Below, piece after piece: positions 23,571 to 38,270 of a DNA stretch of 64,000 bases. A program made the translations under genes and the position numbers. The DNA is from Saccostrea cucullata. Lineage: Eukaryota. Under the pieces are notes generated by a model. It did not search any database. It saw nothing but the letters and a program-made list of their open reading frames with translations, and had not been told where the DNA came from. The stretch covers positions 124,001 through 188,000 of the forward strand of contig NW_026937346.1 of NCBI RefSeq assembly GCF_032062105.1, given 5' to 3'. The stretch's first letter is position 1. The number at the start of each line of letters is the position of its first letter.

Positions 23571-26024
23571 TTCACTTGTCTTTCACGTGTTTGAAATATG
23601 ATGGAAGTGTTTACAGTTTTTATTGTGTTTTTGTTTTTTATGTTGTTAATGTATAATAGTTTTCATTAAATATATCTTGTTTTGATTCTTTGTTCTGCTG
23701 TTTTATTTTTGCGATACAGATGTTGATTCAAAATAAAATCCTGTGCATAGTAACCATGGCAGTAACATCATAGTTTTTACAATTTCTATCATTGTATATT
23801 TTTCACATATATCTCCTATTTTATATTCTACAATCATTAAAAATATTAATACCAGTCAAACTAACTTACTTTTACGCATAAAATAACAATTATACTACTT
23901 TTTAGTTTTCAATATGTTTGAAATATTTGCAGAACTATTAAACAGATGGTGTATGTTAAAAATATTTATTAAGACTATATAACAAATTTTGCTCGCAAGC
24001 AGTATATTTCTTATCATAGCGTTTACATTTTACACATTTATAATATGGATATCACCATTGAGCGCGCTCTTGATAATTACAGACTTAATAATTAACGAAA
24101 TAAATATGAATTGATTAGGAAATCATTAGTATACAGACCTGCTTGAACATTGCAAATCAGATGAAATAATGTGTTCATAATATAGGAAACACATCTGATA
24201 AAAGCAGTATTCACATTTGAAAATGTACTTTGACATAATGATACAGTTTATTATTACAAAAAAAAATGCCGTTGGGGTTATGATTGCATTTTTCGATTTA
24301 ACTGGATCCCATTTTGTCAAAATATTCTTTTAAAACCATTTTTAGTACTTTAGTTAATTTCAGATCGAAATTGTCTTACCTTTCTCTATCCAGTAAATTA
24401 TACAAAATTTATACTGGGCAAAGGCTATATCTAGATTTTTTTCAATATATTAACATGCCCAAGTAATTTTCCTAAAGATTCTTTCCAAATAGGAACTCGA
24501 GACTGTTTATTGTCTCATGAACTATCAGTAATGAGCATGAATATATCCTTTGTTACATGCTAATTCCATACTTAAGGTCTAAATAAAGTGCAAACAATTT
24601 TGCTTTAAAAATAACAGTTGTTTGGGGCAATTCATCAGAAGAATTATGTGAATATAAGAATTCAATTTTTTGAAGATTCAGGAGGAAATGAACTACACCG
24701 CTTCACACTGGTATATTTATCATGAAGAGCTATGTCTTAAAACAACTAGAAGAAGTGAAAGATCGCTTGGTATTGGTAACGAAAAGTAGTCAGGATTAAG
24801 GAACAAGGTTCACTAATGGCCTTTTTGGCCCTGTGGATTTCTGAAAAAATTAAACTGCCTTAGTTTTAGTTACAATGCATTTAATATCATTTAGACCTTT
24901 AGTGAATGTCTATCTATCAGAAATGACGTGAATTTCTGGCTAGTCAACGTATTATGACGTACGTCACGAAATGCGTCCAAAAGGTGGTCTTTGAGAGGAA
25001 AATTTGTAATAGGAAATTAAAGCACTATGTTCATTCTTTATTTTAATGTTTAAAATGGAACATAAAGTGTTTGTCAATAAATTGTTATATTCAAATGGTT
25101 GTTTTATGCATAAAGTGAACCGAACTCTTTCCCTGAAAATAAATATATTTTAAAGAGATCTAGAACAAGAACAAACCTTTAAAATATCAGAAGTGGGACC
25201 AGATGTCAATAAGGAGTAAGATTCATTTTTCGATTGCCACTTATCGTGAAGTATTTCAGTTGAAAAGTAATTGAGGAAGATAAAATTACTTGACACATGA
25301 GTATATACTTCATACATTTTTTTGCATTTTGACCCATTCTTACTACAAACAAAGCCAATGATACGAAGAGACATAACTCACATTGTGTCTGATATACGAG
25401 CATTGTATGCTTGATCTTACCGCTCATACAAGAGTTATCTATCCTGGTCTTTAATTTAGAAATCTCTACTGGAGATTTTTTTTCTATACGCAATATTAGC
25501 TTGTCCCTGGAAAACTGAACACTTTTCATATAAAATTATGTGCAACTTGTATATTAGCTCACAAGCTTGCACGGAAACAGTCTAAAATTTCCTGACAATT
25601 GCATTTACCTTAGAATAGCACTTAAGATACTCTGTCAACCTTCTTAATAAGGTATAATTCATCATATGAACCCTATCCCTCGTAAGAGGAAGTCCAGGAT
25701 AAACTGGAAATGTAAATTATTTGATGATACATTTCTTAAAAATAATACTCATGATTTAAAGAATTCTAAAATTAAAGAAATGCATTAACATTTAATTGAA
25801 TCAGATAAAAATTCCTGGCAAACATCTATATGAATAAATTTCGGGTATTTACATGAGTAATACTATATGATTTATCTGATTTAACAACTGAGCAAAATGT
25901 GTCTAATTATTAACCGTCTGCTGTACTATTAGAATTTTTTTTTTAACAATTATTTCTACGGATATAGTTTTAGAAATATTTAGCAAAGTAATTTCGAGAC
26001 AAACTTTTGTTCAAGTAAGCATAT

Positions 26025-26500
26025 TTGTTTTGACATCCCTTTTGAGAATTTGTCAATCATATCGCGACGTTTAGACCTGTACTCGGCAATAACAATCTTG
26101 AGAAATGTGGGGGTTTTTTAGTCTCAGCACCTACTGTGACACAGGACCTTGAGTTATTAGCCCCTTCCAAGGAACTGGTCTCTACGTCATGTAGAGCTCG
26201 CTCCGTGTTCGGAAGGTTGTGAGTTTGAATCTCGGCCGCGACTGACCTCAATCGATAAAAAAAATTGGATAGCAACTGTTTCTTTGCCATCTGGAAGTTA
26301 AAGTTGCGAGTCCTTTGGATAAGACCTTAAAAACCGAGGTATAGTGTCGCGGCAGACTTGGCACGATAAAAAAAATCCCTAACTCCTTAATAGCCATGTT
26401 TGTCTAGTAAAGGTAAAAATTTGAAGCCCATCACCAGTATATGTTAAGGTCCCTATATGTGTGAAATATTCGAAGAGACATTAAACAACATGCAATCAGT
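26025..26500. mobile_element. Two divergently oriented SINE copies (- ~26025-26165; + ~26190-26500)
   Basis: The + copy has a tRNA-like head (GAGTTTGAATCTC), AAAACCGAGG core, GGCACGATAAA and CAATCA tail. The - copy is the reverse complement of core and tail. Confidence 0.7.
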
Positions 26501-29500
26501 CTACATCATGCAACAGATTCAAACCCTCGACTTAAGGATTAACTCCTTGTCCTTACTCAAGAGAGAAACCTGACAGTGTGTTTTTGTGTAAATATTTTGT
26601 AAAACTATTTAGGAATGCTGTTTATCACAAACGTTTTCGTAAATAATCAGTTTGCATTGTAACAAAATTGTCTAACCATCTGAATTAATGTTTTTAATCC
26701 AGCTGTAGAAGTGAATGAAAGAATTAAATTGTATGACGCAAGAAAGGAAATGGTGCAAAACAACAGCACAAGAAAGTGTTCCTCTACATCGTGCTTATCA
26801 ACACCTGAAATCAAACTGAGAATTTCTCAGCTAAATTCAGCTTAAAAACTGACAAGGAGAACTCTTAAAACTAAAATGCGCTGACAATGCATTTGAAACA
26901 AAATACCAATCGTAAACAATGACACCTTTCACTTTCTCTTTCTTTTATAAATTTAAGTTTTTATCACCGATTTTATTGATTATTTTTCCAAATAAAATCT
27001 ACGGCATCACTTTGAGTTCAGATCACCTATTGTCCTAGTAAAAGCTTTGAAATATCTTCAAGTTGTCTGGAAGATGTCATCAATCTGAAATATGTGTCAG
27101 ATAAATCTGATAATTATGGGCTCCAGTTTCTTATCAAAAGCATTAATTTGATTTACACTGAATTTGTTGACGTCTTTATCATCTTGTTCATTTCTCCTCT
27201 TTTGAGTAGTTTAGTAGAATTTAGAAGATTTATGAAATTGGATTAGAATGGAATTTGTCTTTGATTAAGATTAAGATTAAGAAGAAAATTCCTGCTGAAG
27301 ATTAACTTTCTGTATAAAATATATCCATGTGCAATTAAAAATACATTCAAAGTACATGACTTCAAAGGAAAACATTTTCAAATTGTTTAATAATTGCGTA
27401 ATATTTTTCCACATATTTGTCAACCACAAAGTTGTCATATATTTTTATTGTGCTTAGGAATACACAATTCAGCACATTTTACTGTAGTATCAGATGTTGT
27501 CGATACATCTTAACACATAATTTATTAATATCCTAAAGCAACACCGTTGGGAGGAGAAGTACTCTAAGTGTGATTGCACCCCTTTTTGTATTGTAAAAAA
27601 CATCAACGTTTTATTGTCGGTTTATAATAATGTTACCAGATTTTGTTTAAATATATTGTTTAAAAATGCCTTCATATCAGAACATGTCACTTTTTTCGTG
27701 AAAAAGAAGGCGACATTCTTTACCACACAAGCTTTTACAGAAAAAATTGAGACGGTTACAAAGAAGCTTTCATTCGAAGAATTACTTGAATAAACATAAA
27801 AGTGTGCTGATGTCTTGGATTTTTTTCAGATGATAAATGCGTATGTGAAAAACAAAAGAAACAAAAAACTCCATTGTGTCATTTGTTCTAAATATGTGTT
27901 GGCTGTTAAGTGGGTAAAAGAACCGTCTCTTAGGATTAATCAATGAACCATGGTATGTTATCATTATTCTGATCCCCATATCTACCAATGGGATTTTTTT
28001 TTCGAAACTTCTCTCACAATTCCAGCAATTGGTTCGCCATCTTTAGGAATATATATGGTGATGTCCCCTATATATATAGTTTGTGATGTGTTTGTAAAAC
28101 AATGTGTTTGTATATGTGTTTGCAAAAAAAAATGTTGCTAGAATTCCTCTAACATTATCATACGTCATTAGTACATATATATCATATTACATTTTGTTTT
28201 TTTGCTTTTGTGATTTCCGTTGAGTTAACTTTTTACCCGTATGTGATTTATATACACCCAGCCTTCATTTCAGCTCTGTAAAAATGAACCTCTTATCACG
28301 ATCTCTGATACTTCGTCATACATCGAAAAAAAATAAGTGCATCGTATGCCTTTAATAATCAAAGATAATTACCACCAAATTATACGGAATGCAGGTGTGT
28401 CAAATGTACATGTAGCAAAATATAAGAATAGCACTTTTCTCTGATATAATTATGTAGTTTATTGTTTCACATGTTTACCTATAAAGATTTGGTAAAAATA
28501 ATAATGAACCAATAAAAAAAACTACAAATTATACTTATTGGCACCTAAAAACCTAACAATATACGAAAATAAAGAATGTGTACAGTTTACAATATAATCT
28601 TAAGCGTTTTGTCAGATTTCATTTTTTGGCACTTAGCATTTCTTTAAGCAAGTGAAAGTACTTAAAGGTATATTTCGTTATCACAATTAGATTAACCATG
28701 CACTTAATCTCAAAAGCCTAGTAACACAATAAGTTCTTGTATTTGGAACATCTTTGTAATTTATAATTATACGCCTGTCAATAAACAATGAGGCATTGTA
28801 AATCGTTTTAGATTAAACTTTTCATTTGCGATGCGAAGCTGATTTTGATGTCAGAAATGCAACAATTTCATGAAACAAGGTCGAAAGCGTTGTTTAATAC
28901 TTGTCAATGGTTGACAAGAATAAGACGCATCATTTAATGTATCTAAATAATTCCGTCGACAGACTGTTTATTATATGATACTTTACAGCTGACTGGATGT
29001 TTATTACACTAATAAACCTACATGATCGTAAGGAAGTTAAACCCCCTAAATCTTGATCATTGGTTATATCACCTGATGACCTCGATATTCCTGATGCTCT
29101 TGATTTCTTAAAAACAACACAAAGAAATATCTTATTCTTGTTACAAAATCTCCACCTGATTTTCTAAGTTGGTTCAGAATCAGGTGGAAATTTCGGAAAA
29201 GCATTTTTCAAATATGTTACATATGTCATAACTTACACCCACAACTGGCACATTCGCAATATTTTATTATTTGGATTCCTGTGTTAGGGTGATTGTTTCT
29301 TTGGCTTCTCAGCAATGGCTAATGTTCAAAGCTTGAGAAATTCTTCTATTATATCTGCGATTACTTGAGACTTAACAATCAATTTGCTCTAATCTAATCA
29401 ATGAATGATAGTTAATCATTATATATACTAAGTATGCCATTTTCTAAATAATTTATCAATATAACTCACCTTGTAGATTTTTCATATCGCTATAGTTGAT

Positions 29501-29974
29501 AAACAAATAAATCTTTTAAAAGATTACGTAAAATTTATCTTCCTTACTCTTAGGATTAAAAATTACTCAATGAATGCTCTCCGAGCACCTGCTTACTTGT
29601 TTGTTTATTTCTGATTAGAGCAATGACATGTTTATTGCGGTTAGTCAAAGACAAGTATTTCTATGTTGTGCTTCCAAAGATTTTCATACCAAGATTGTAT
29701 CATTGTGGTTAACTTTAATTTAATAGTAATCTCAATAAAACTTTAATTAAAAGTTAATTTGAAGTTATTTTTACGTTAGTTTCATGGTACATTGACGTCT
29801 GATGTTTTACTTTAAAATAGCACTAAATGTCGTAACTAATGTTTCTAAAAGTTTATTTAACATCAAAAAAAATTCACAGTATTGTGTCTCCTTTTTAATA
29901 TAAATAATAAAAAAGAATACAATAGTTGTATGTTAAACAACTTAAGCTCAGCATAACAGTTTTGAAATCCTGTA

Positions 29975-30172
29975 TACTGTAACCAACTTTTATTCACGAC
30001 GACTTTACTTCGCCATATTCCGGGGGTAAACTAGTTTGCGACGATTAATTTTCGCGAGCAAGCCTTTTTGGATCTGTTGTTCATGGACAAAGAGACGTTA
30101 AGGACCAGTTCGCCGCGAGAAATATTAGCAATGACGAGGCTCTCGCACGCGAATAAAAGTTGCATTACAGTA
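29975..30172. mobile_element. TA-flanked MITE (TA-CTGTA...TACAG-TA)
   Basis: TACTGTAACCAACTTTTATTCACG...CGCGAATAAAAGTTGCATTACAGTA. Confidence 0.8.
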
Positions 30173-30554
30173 TACTGTACATTTGAGAATGAAAGTTCTA
30201 ACAAAAGTTCTTACTATTTAGAATGTTGACTGTCTATTCTATTTTTTAGCTAAAATGTTGAACACAAAATAAAATAAACTAAAATACATACAATATTCAT
30301 TGTAAACGTTATGTCTCTAAATAACAATTACATGCACTTCCCATAGCCTTGCCTGTATTATGCCATGTACTTGTCAATTTTTTTCCAATAATATCGAAAA
30401 TGAAATAAGCATTTTTAAAAAGAATTAATCTCATCTTTTTCTCCTGAAAGATGAAGCACACATCTGAGATACATGGATAGAAGAGCAAGTTACACATTAT
30501 ACTATATATGTAGAATCTTCTGTGGGTAAATTTTCTTTATCATCATTCATTAAT

Positions 30555-31640
30555 TGGTCGATACAATGACCTTGTCAGCAAATACAATTTGTCATTGAGT
30601 CAAATGCTGACTGACGTTTTTAGCTCTACTGGTCAAAGACCAGAAGAGCTTATGCGATAGTAAAATAGTAAATGTCCGTCCGTCTGTCTGTAAACAATTT
30701 TTCAAAAAAAACTCCTCCTACAGTTTTGGTCTGATTTTAATATAACTTGTCACACAAGTAGACTACACTAAGATACATAAAACAGTGCATCGGTTTTTTA
30801 TTTCGATGAACGATGTTGCCATGGTAACTAAAAATAGAATTTCCTGTGAAATTCCTTTAAAACGCTACTCCTCCTACAGTTTTGATCTGATTTTAATATT
30901 ACTTGGCACACAAGTAGACTACACTAAGATACATAAAACAGTGCATCGGTTTTTGATTTCGTTGAACGGTGTTGCCATGGTTACTAAAAATAGAATTTTC
31001 TGTGAAATTACTTTAAAACGCTACTTCTTCTACAGTTTTGGTCTGATTTCAGTATTACTTGGCACACAAGTAGACTACACTAAGATACATAAAACAGTGC
31101 ATCGGTTTTTGATTTCGTTGAACGGTGTTGCCATGGTTACTAAAAATAGAATTTTCTGTGAAATTACTTTAAAACGCTACTTCTTCTACAGTTTTGATCT
31201 GATTTCAGTATTACTTGGCACACAAGTAGACTACACTAAGATACATAGAATAGTGCATTGGTTTTTTATTTCGATGAGCGGTGTTGCCATGGTTACTAAA
31301 AATAGAATTTTCTGTGAAATTCCTTTAAAACGCTACTCCTTCTACAGTTTTGGTCTGATGGCAATGGCTTCTTTTTTCATCCTTTGTTATAAGTACAAAC
31401 CAGTAGAGCTACAGTCCCGACAGAGACTTCTGGTTCATATTAATTATTAGTACATTATCTAAACACTGAATTGACGACCGATTTTTCAGTCATTTCCAAA
31501 ATTTGACAAGAAGCATAAGGCGGGTGTGACCGATAGGCAGGGGATGCTCACTCCTTTATGGCAGCTGATCCCACCCCTGATGTTTTCCGTGTTTTCTCTG
31601 CTCCTATTTGTATTTTTTTTACTTTTGAGCTTGAATACTG
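30555..31640 (+). mobile_element. Penelope-like 3' end split by a HINE insertion
   Basis: GTCAAATGCTGACTGACGTT|...|CATATTAATTATTAG continues into GGCGGGTGTGACCG...CTGATCCCACC. Confidence 0.75.
30617..31435 (+). mobile_element. Helentron-associated (HINE/DINE-1-like) element containing about 4 copies of a 156-bp satellite
   Basis: Sub-TIRs TAGCTCTACTGGT (30621) / ACCAGTAGAGCTA (31399); GTCC/GTCT microsatellite; 3' hairpin; TT target. Monomer starts at 30721, 30877, 31033, 31189, 31345. Confidence 0.88.
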
Positions 31641-31679
31641 TTCTTTATCTCCATATATTTCATAAAGGGAACTAATGAA

Positions 31680-32030
31680 ATAGTATGAGATAACATTGGA
31701 GATAAAGAGTATTCAATCTCAAAGTCCATTTAAACAATAAAACTCGGTTTAGAGCAAACATCAGATCTCAAAAACAGTATAAGCAGGATCAGGAGCCATG
31801 GAAAAGTCAGCATCGCCTGTCGACCTTTGTCTCGCAATGTGCTCCTTGTCGTAGTCGAGTAAACGGGAAAAATCCTTAGTTCTCTAAATAATGACCTATA
31901 TAGGAATAAGTATGAAAAATGTTAGTCAGCACTTAAGCAATGAAAGATTGTACTTTCTGAAAATATCAATGTGTCAAACAAAAAACTTGCAATATGATGA
32001 CATCAAACGAGACTGTAGATACCCTCGTTT
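31680..32030 (-). mobile_element. Penelope-like 3' fragment, tail-to-tail with the preceding copy
   Basis: GGAGATAA..AGTATTCAA.CTCAAAGTCCA...GGATCAGGAGCCATGG homology. Confidence 0.7.
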
Positions 32031-34095
32031 ACAAAAAGAAACCAAAATGAATTTGAACAAAAAAATTTTAACTAAAGAGCAGAGAGAACCATATTCATCT
32101 TGCATTTTTCTGCTTATATTTACAAAAAAACATGCAACCCATTTACCAAATTAGGATACTAGTGTAAGAAATCAAAGGAAAACTGCATTGTGGTTACAAA
32201 ACATTAAATGTTGTAAGAAAAAACATCAACAAACATCATTAATCTGATATCACTTAAGTAATTGCTGTCATTAAAACGGGTCAGGAAAAAAATCAAGATG
32301 AGAAAGTAGAAGCATATATGCGGGAACTACGATGTATTTCTACAGATCAAATAAAATTATAAAATGGCAAGGATACAAAAAATGTTTCTTTTTATAAATA
32401 TCTTTAAAGGAGTTCTTTGTCGGTAAAATATTACAAGTATAAGGTTTTCAAAAGTATGCAACCACATCAAATTCGACTAATACAGACTATCAGTTACTTA
32501 ATGTTTTTTTATTAATACATGTAATAAACAAACATTGAAGTTGGTTTACAATATAAAGATTATTATTAAAACAAGGTTTCCTTGAAATGTGTATCTTTTG
32601 TTATAAGTTACACTCAAAAACTTATAATGAATATATTCAAAGACATCTGAAAAGTGTAAAGATTTCAATTTCAAAGACTCGTAAACCTAATCTTAAACTA
32701 ATCTCTGCAAGATTTTAAAAAATGAATACAATTTAAAGCAAAATAACTAAAGAAATTCAAAATCACATGAAAACAATCCTATCTTTAACGACAAACATCT
32801 AATCTAACAAAAACTTACACATACACATGGGATCTAATTAGATAAAATGATTTTCCAAATGAGTGTTATTTTTAAAGTTCAAAGACTTGAGAAATGTTTA
32901 TCAACAATCAGATTTAACGACAATTTGTCTCCGTTTATTGTACTATTTTTCTAATGATTTTTCCCGTGTTTCTCAAAAGCATCATATCTTGTGTATAACG
33001 ACCTTTTTCTGCTCTGTATTCTAATGGTAATATACAATATGTTTCGTTCCTTTGCATTTTCCATTCAAAATATGTTTTGTAAATATATTTGTTGTATCTG
33101 GATGCAAAAAATATTTTTCATTTAAAAATAATCAAAATAATTCATAATAATGAACTTCAGGTCAGTAATTAATAAAATAATTAAATTTTGAATATTTACT
33201 TAAGGGTCATAAACCCTCTGCTCACTCATATAAAATGTTGCTTGAACCGTCATGATTTTCCAAAACAAATGTATTTTATAAGCAAAATACAAAAAAGTAT
33301 TGCATAGTTTGCGGGGCAAAATTGGACAAAAAAGACACTTCAATTTGGCAAATCTATAAAAGAATAATAGACAATTATGTTATTAAGAGTTATCTCTCTT
33401 ATCAGAGTATCAATGAACCTTAAAGTTATGGAGACAAGGAACAGTATTCAAGCTCAAAAGTCTATAAAACAATACAAAATGGGAACAGGGCGAACGCTGA
33501 CCCCCAAAGCATATTGTATTGAACGTATTACTGAACCATTTTTGTCTTTCATATGTTTGTTTCCCTTTATCAGTAATATTCTTCTTACCTTTGTAAATTC
33601 AATTTATTTAACTCAATACAAACCATTCATTGTACTTATTTTAAGTTCATCCACGTTTATCCACAATGGTACCTCTTATTTTGGCATTATATCTAATTGT
33701 GTGGAAGTTGGCCAATCATCTGTCGAGATCAAGCCTGCACGACACCCTGTCTCCACTGTCAGGTCAATGTACACTGTAACAGTTAACATTATATCATTTT
33801 TGTGTACATTAGTTGCCATCATACTAACGATATAATACACTATATTGTCAGTAGTGTCAATGTACTTTACTGTGCCGTTTCTCCTCCTTCTCCATACTCT
33901 TCTGTTGTGAATCCAATTCTTGAACGTAAAAGCTCATTTCTTTTTCTATATATTCATTCAAAAACATATTCTTAATTGAAGCATCACAAGATAACGAACC
34001 TTTTATTCCTTGTAGTTAATTTGTACTTTTCAACCTTAAAAGATTTATTGAAAATCAACATTAGATCCTAGATATAGGAACAAGAAATCCTTAAA

Positions 34096-34310
34096 TACTG
34101 TAGACGTAATTTTATTCCATGAGGTCATAATTCCACGGAAATACTAATTCTGTTTAATCCGTGGGTGGAAAATTATCATATTTCCTAGATTCTCACTAAA
34201 TGCCTTACATGTATATAAATTAAGTACATTGGAACAAATTTCCCAGGAAAATTTGTGAACACTTACATAGTGTAAATTAATACCACACGGAAAAAAGTAC
34301 TTCTACAGTA
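34096..34310. mobile_element. TA-flanked MITE (TA-CTGTAGA...TCTACAG-TA)
   Basis: TACTGTAGACGTAATTTTATTCC...GGAAAAAAGTACTTCTACAGTA. Confidence 0.75.
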
Positions 34311-34779
34311 TCTTAAACTTTCGTCCTACCGAATTCATTCATATTTTACTAATCACACAAATCTGTTCGTTCTATAGTTATCTTTGAAATATCTAAAAAA
34401 TTATAGGGGATGTGCTAATTGGTGGAAAGTACTGCTAAAGAGTGTGAAATGAAAGACACCGGTCAAAGACATCATAAATAATCAGAATGTTTTGGGTTCA
34501 CGGTGATCCGGAACATCTTCAAACAAGCAGCAAAAATATTTTGAATTCATGTATAGCGCAGATTCATTATAAATGCCTCTGGAAATATAATTGATCAGTC
34601 ATGTAAAGAGTGCATATATACTATTAAATTAATTCATTTGAATGTTATCATGCTTTACAGCACATATACAAAAGGATTGGCCACTATGAAGTATTTAATT
34701 TTATATCTATTTTCTGACCATTTATCTGAAAATAAATTTAGCCTGTCTTCTATTCTTCTCACATACGATATAATAAAAA

Positions 34780-35340
34780 AAAGATTAGGAAAACGAAGAG
34801 CGATCGATCTCAAAAAAAAATTCAAACAATTCAATTCTGTGAGCAGGGCATAAACATAAACATAAACATAAACACATACTCGGTGATAGGATCAGGTGCC
34901 TAGAATACGTAAACTTCCCCTGCTGACCGGCCCCATCAGTCGTGAGCCTTATGTATTGATCAAGTATACAAAATATTCTGCAGTCAGAGTTAGTATAAAA
35001 ACTAAGGTCTTACAGTTGGTAATTAAGAAACAAAACAGTCGAAATAAGACTTAGTGATTGGTTATGATAGCTAATAAGGTCATCAGAACGACAACAGAAT
35101 TTATTCAATGCTGACTTTAAATAAGGTTGTTGATTTTCCTTGCAACGTCAACTTATCAGTGAGTAAGCATCCCTTGCTGTAAAATTGATCGTTCCCATAG
35201 CATTCTTTAGAGTAGTTTTTAAGTTGGGAGACATAAGTCACATGCAGATAAAAGCAGAATATGATACTTTGTACTTCATAAGTAAAGAAATTTGACGATG
35301 GAAAAGCTAATGTTTATCTGTATGCCTTTTAATTTAGTGG
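34780..35340 (-). mobile_element. Decayed Penelope-like fragment (second subfamily)
   Basis: GGATCAGGTGCCTAG...CCCCTGCTGACCGG motif followed by RT C-terminal homology (GCTGACTTTAA...GTCAACTT). Confidence 0.6.
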
Positions 35341-37889
35341 TAAATTGGCCATTGGTAGATCAGTTCAAATAATTAGGCTCTTAATCCTTAAAAAGCATTC
35401 TCTGTAAAAAGTCTCTAACAGCAAACCATCTGCAATGTTACATACAATGTATGAGGTATAACTTTTCGAATAAAGCGATCATTATTTACTGAAATTGTGG
35501 ATGTACATTCAAATAGACACGTAATTGAGTTTATGCACACTCAAAGACGGTAATACCAGATAATTTTTTTTAAATAACTTCAATATTGGAGACACCTGTC
35601 TACAGGTTTAGTATCGAGGGACTGTTGACTGTCGTAATTTCACGTGGTGCGAATGGTGATTTAGATACTAATGCACGTGCTTTTTCCGATATTTATTTAT
35701 ATGATTCATTCATACATGTACATATTAGAGAAAACAAAGACTATTCATCCTGATATTTGATAATAATTTTTGCAAACATTTCCTTTAAAAAAGGATTTAA
35801 AATGGAATTATTTTTTGGATATTATTCATTTTGATATCTTCGAATTTTTTAAAAGCAAATATAATTTTCTATGGTACATGTATATCATGTATATGATCAT
35901 ATTTTGCAAACATCAAAATTATTTTCAAAACATGACTTCTAATTTAAGTTTTTTTCCTTGAATTATGTTTAAAATGAATATTTTTGATTGAACAGAAAGT
36001 TCTTGGAATACTTATTTGGATTCTGTATGGTTGATCAGAAGCTAGAAGACAGCATTTTTTTAAAAATCCAGTATTTCATGCAAACGTTAAAAGAATTTTC
36101 CAACAGGTTTTGATCTAAATATGTTCCAACTGACCAATTTAGCACTGGTAACACATGTGCCATATTAACGATAATTCCTTTTGACACGTGGTTTTGTTTA
36201 CGTTTTATCGAGTGCTATTCAGTAGTACAGTTTATTTAATCTGTTTTATCTCAAGCTTTATTTATTGGCGATTAAACAGTGGATCTTGGTGCGCTGATAA
36301 AACTCATATTTTTATCATTCTATCATTTTGGCGCACTCGTGGTCTTCTGATAAGATAATTCTTGGTAACATATTACATGTTAGCCTGCAATGTTCCTCAT
36401 TCAGGGCGTCTTGTTTTTAACATCATCATCAAATAACTGTCTAAAATAGTTTTTGATGGTTTATTCTTATTGATATATCTCGTTTTTACTTATATAATAT
36501 AATAAATATCTGTAATATCAAAATAACTACAAGAATATTTTTTTTAATTAAGTGCTTTATATATATATAATATAAAAATAAAATGACAGTTAAGACCTTT
36601 TTATATAAAAATACATAGCATATCAAATAAGAACAAATTTTTACCTCTGATTATCATTCATCAGGTAGCATCTTTTCTTAGAGTCTTTACAAAGTGATAC
36701 TAAAAAGAGGTTCAAAAGGTCAGAGAGGAGTAACTTTTAGCTGAATTGTGTTGTTGATACTGGAAATCACCCAATGCTTTCAAAGTCACAATGCATGTGA
36801 AACTAACGAGCATCAAAACAATTTACGCAGAGAATTGGCCATAAATTTTCGTTTCTAAAAAAGACAATAAACTTTTATTGACTAATTGACATGTAAAAGC
36901 AATGTCACTATGTTACTCTGTTCAAGTGAAAAATGTCACTTGTCTGACGAATGAGAAAAATGTACGAGGTCTTATTTTAGTTGGCCTGGAAACATAAAAT
37001 AAGAATTATTTTCAAGCAATTTAACTTTCACAGCAACGCACTTGTACAGTATAGCACAACCTGAGCAATAAGCACATTTTTCTTGCCTTCATTGAAAGTG
37101 AAATATTTACTGCATCCTTTGAAATACTAGTAACATACTTGTCAAATACAATGCAATTATTACTTCGGATTTTTTGTTCTAACGAACATTTTAACCTAGA
37201 CATTTTTTTTCCTGTTTATATTGCTAAATATTTTTCCATTTTGGTTTGATTTAGAATTTCTGTTTGGTTTCTTTATGCATGCAAATATACACTTTTCTCT
37301 TTAAATCCGTATAACTTGTGTAAGTGTCGTCAGAGATCTGGCTCCTGGGCCATAAAAAGTAATGAGTTACTTCTTGTTCTCAAAAAGAAATTTTGAAATT
37401 CCATCGTTTAAAAAAAATGAGACTGAGGTTAGAAGTGTATCCTCCAGAATTTTGCTACCTCGAAACTTGATATTATGTAGACCCTTTTGTTTTCAAATAT
37501 TATAGTTTTTTCTTCTTCTCGATTCTAGTAACAGTAACGTCGTTTAAAACTAACTACTGCAGTTTGGAATAAAACTGGGGGTGGTTGAATACTTAGTAGA
37601 TGTTTTCTTTAAAATTTCGACTTGATTTATCCAAGTTAAATAAAAAAAACTTACATAGTATTTCATATCAGTTTCACATTAGGTTGTTGTTTTACCGACT
37701 ATAAATGATAAGGGCCATGTAACAATTAAACTGTATGACAAATGAGGTGACTTCAGATTTTACATGTTGAATTCTCTTTACTTTTGCAATATTTCTAACT
37801 ACCACCTATTTAGGGTGTCTATATTTTTCAACTTATTCGCTACTCATGGACTTAATTGCTCTGATCATGACTATAATCCATTCTTTTAA

Positions 37890-38270
37890 AGCGAGGCAAG
37901 TTACTCACTGATAAATTGATGTTACAGGGAATTCAATAACCTCATTTAAAGTCTTCATATTTATTTTAAATTTCTTGATCGTTATAATGACCTTATGAAC
38001 AAAGCAATCTTTCACTTGTTCCTTGCTTCTCTGATCTGTTTTATGCTAAACGCGAGGCCTTTATTTTTAATGTACATTTCGACTTGCTACGCAATCTATC
38101 CTTGATCATTTCATAGGGCTCACGGCGGATATCACCGGTCAACTGGGGATGCTTACTCCTCTTAGGCACCTGGTCCCATCCCGGGAATCCCCCTTTGCAC
38201 GTATCAGGGTAATATTGTTGTCATATTTATAAAATTTTTGGATCGATCTCAGCTGGTTCGTTTTTCACCA
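37890..38270 (+). mobile_element. Decayed Penelope-like 3' fragment
   Basis: GGGCTCACGGCGGATATCACCGGTCAACTGGGGATGCTTACTCCTCTTAGGCACCTGGTCCC. Confidence 0.7.

Noticed and set aside
24572-24901. TTAAGGTCTAAAT...ATTTAGACCTTTA inverted ends (Kolobok-like MITE)
   Set aside because: Only ~11 bp of inverted match, imperfect TTAA and a single copy in the window.
26703-26845. Exon-like 47-codon frame after tttttaatccag
   Set aside because: No partner exons or recognisable homology.
30785-31450. 221-aa ORF with a 52-aa repeat
   Set aside because: Translation of the 156-bp satellite inside a HINE; non-ATG start and no protein-family motif.
33377-33835. 152-aa plus-strand ORF
   Set aside because: Begins in a Penelope-like tail fragment, has low-complexity AT-driven composition and no motif.
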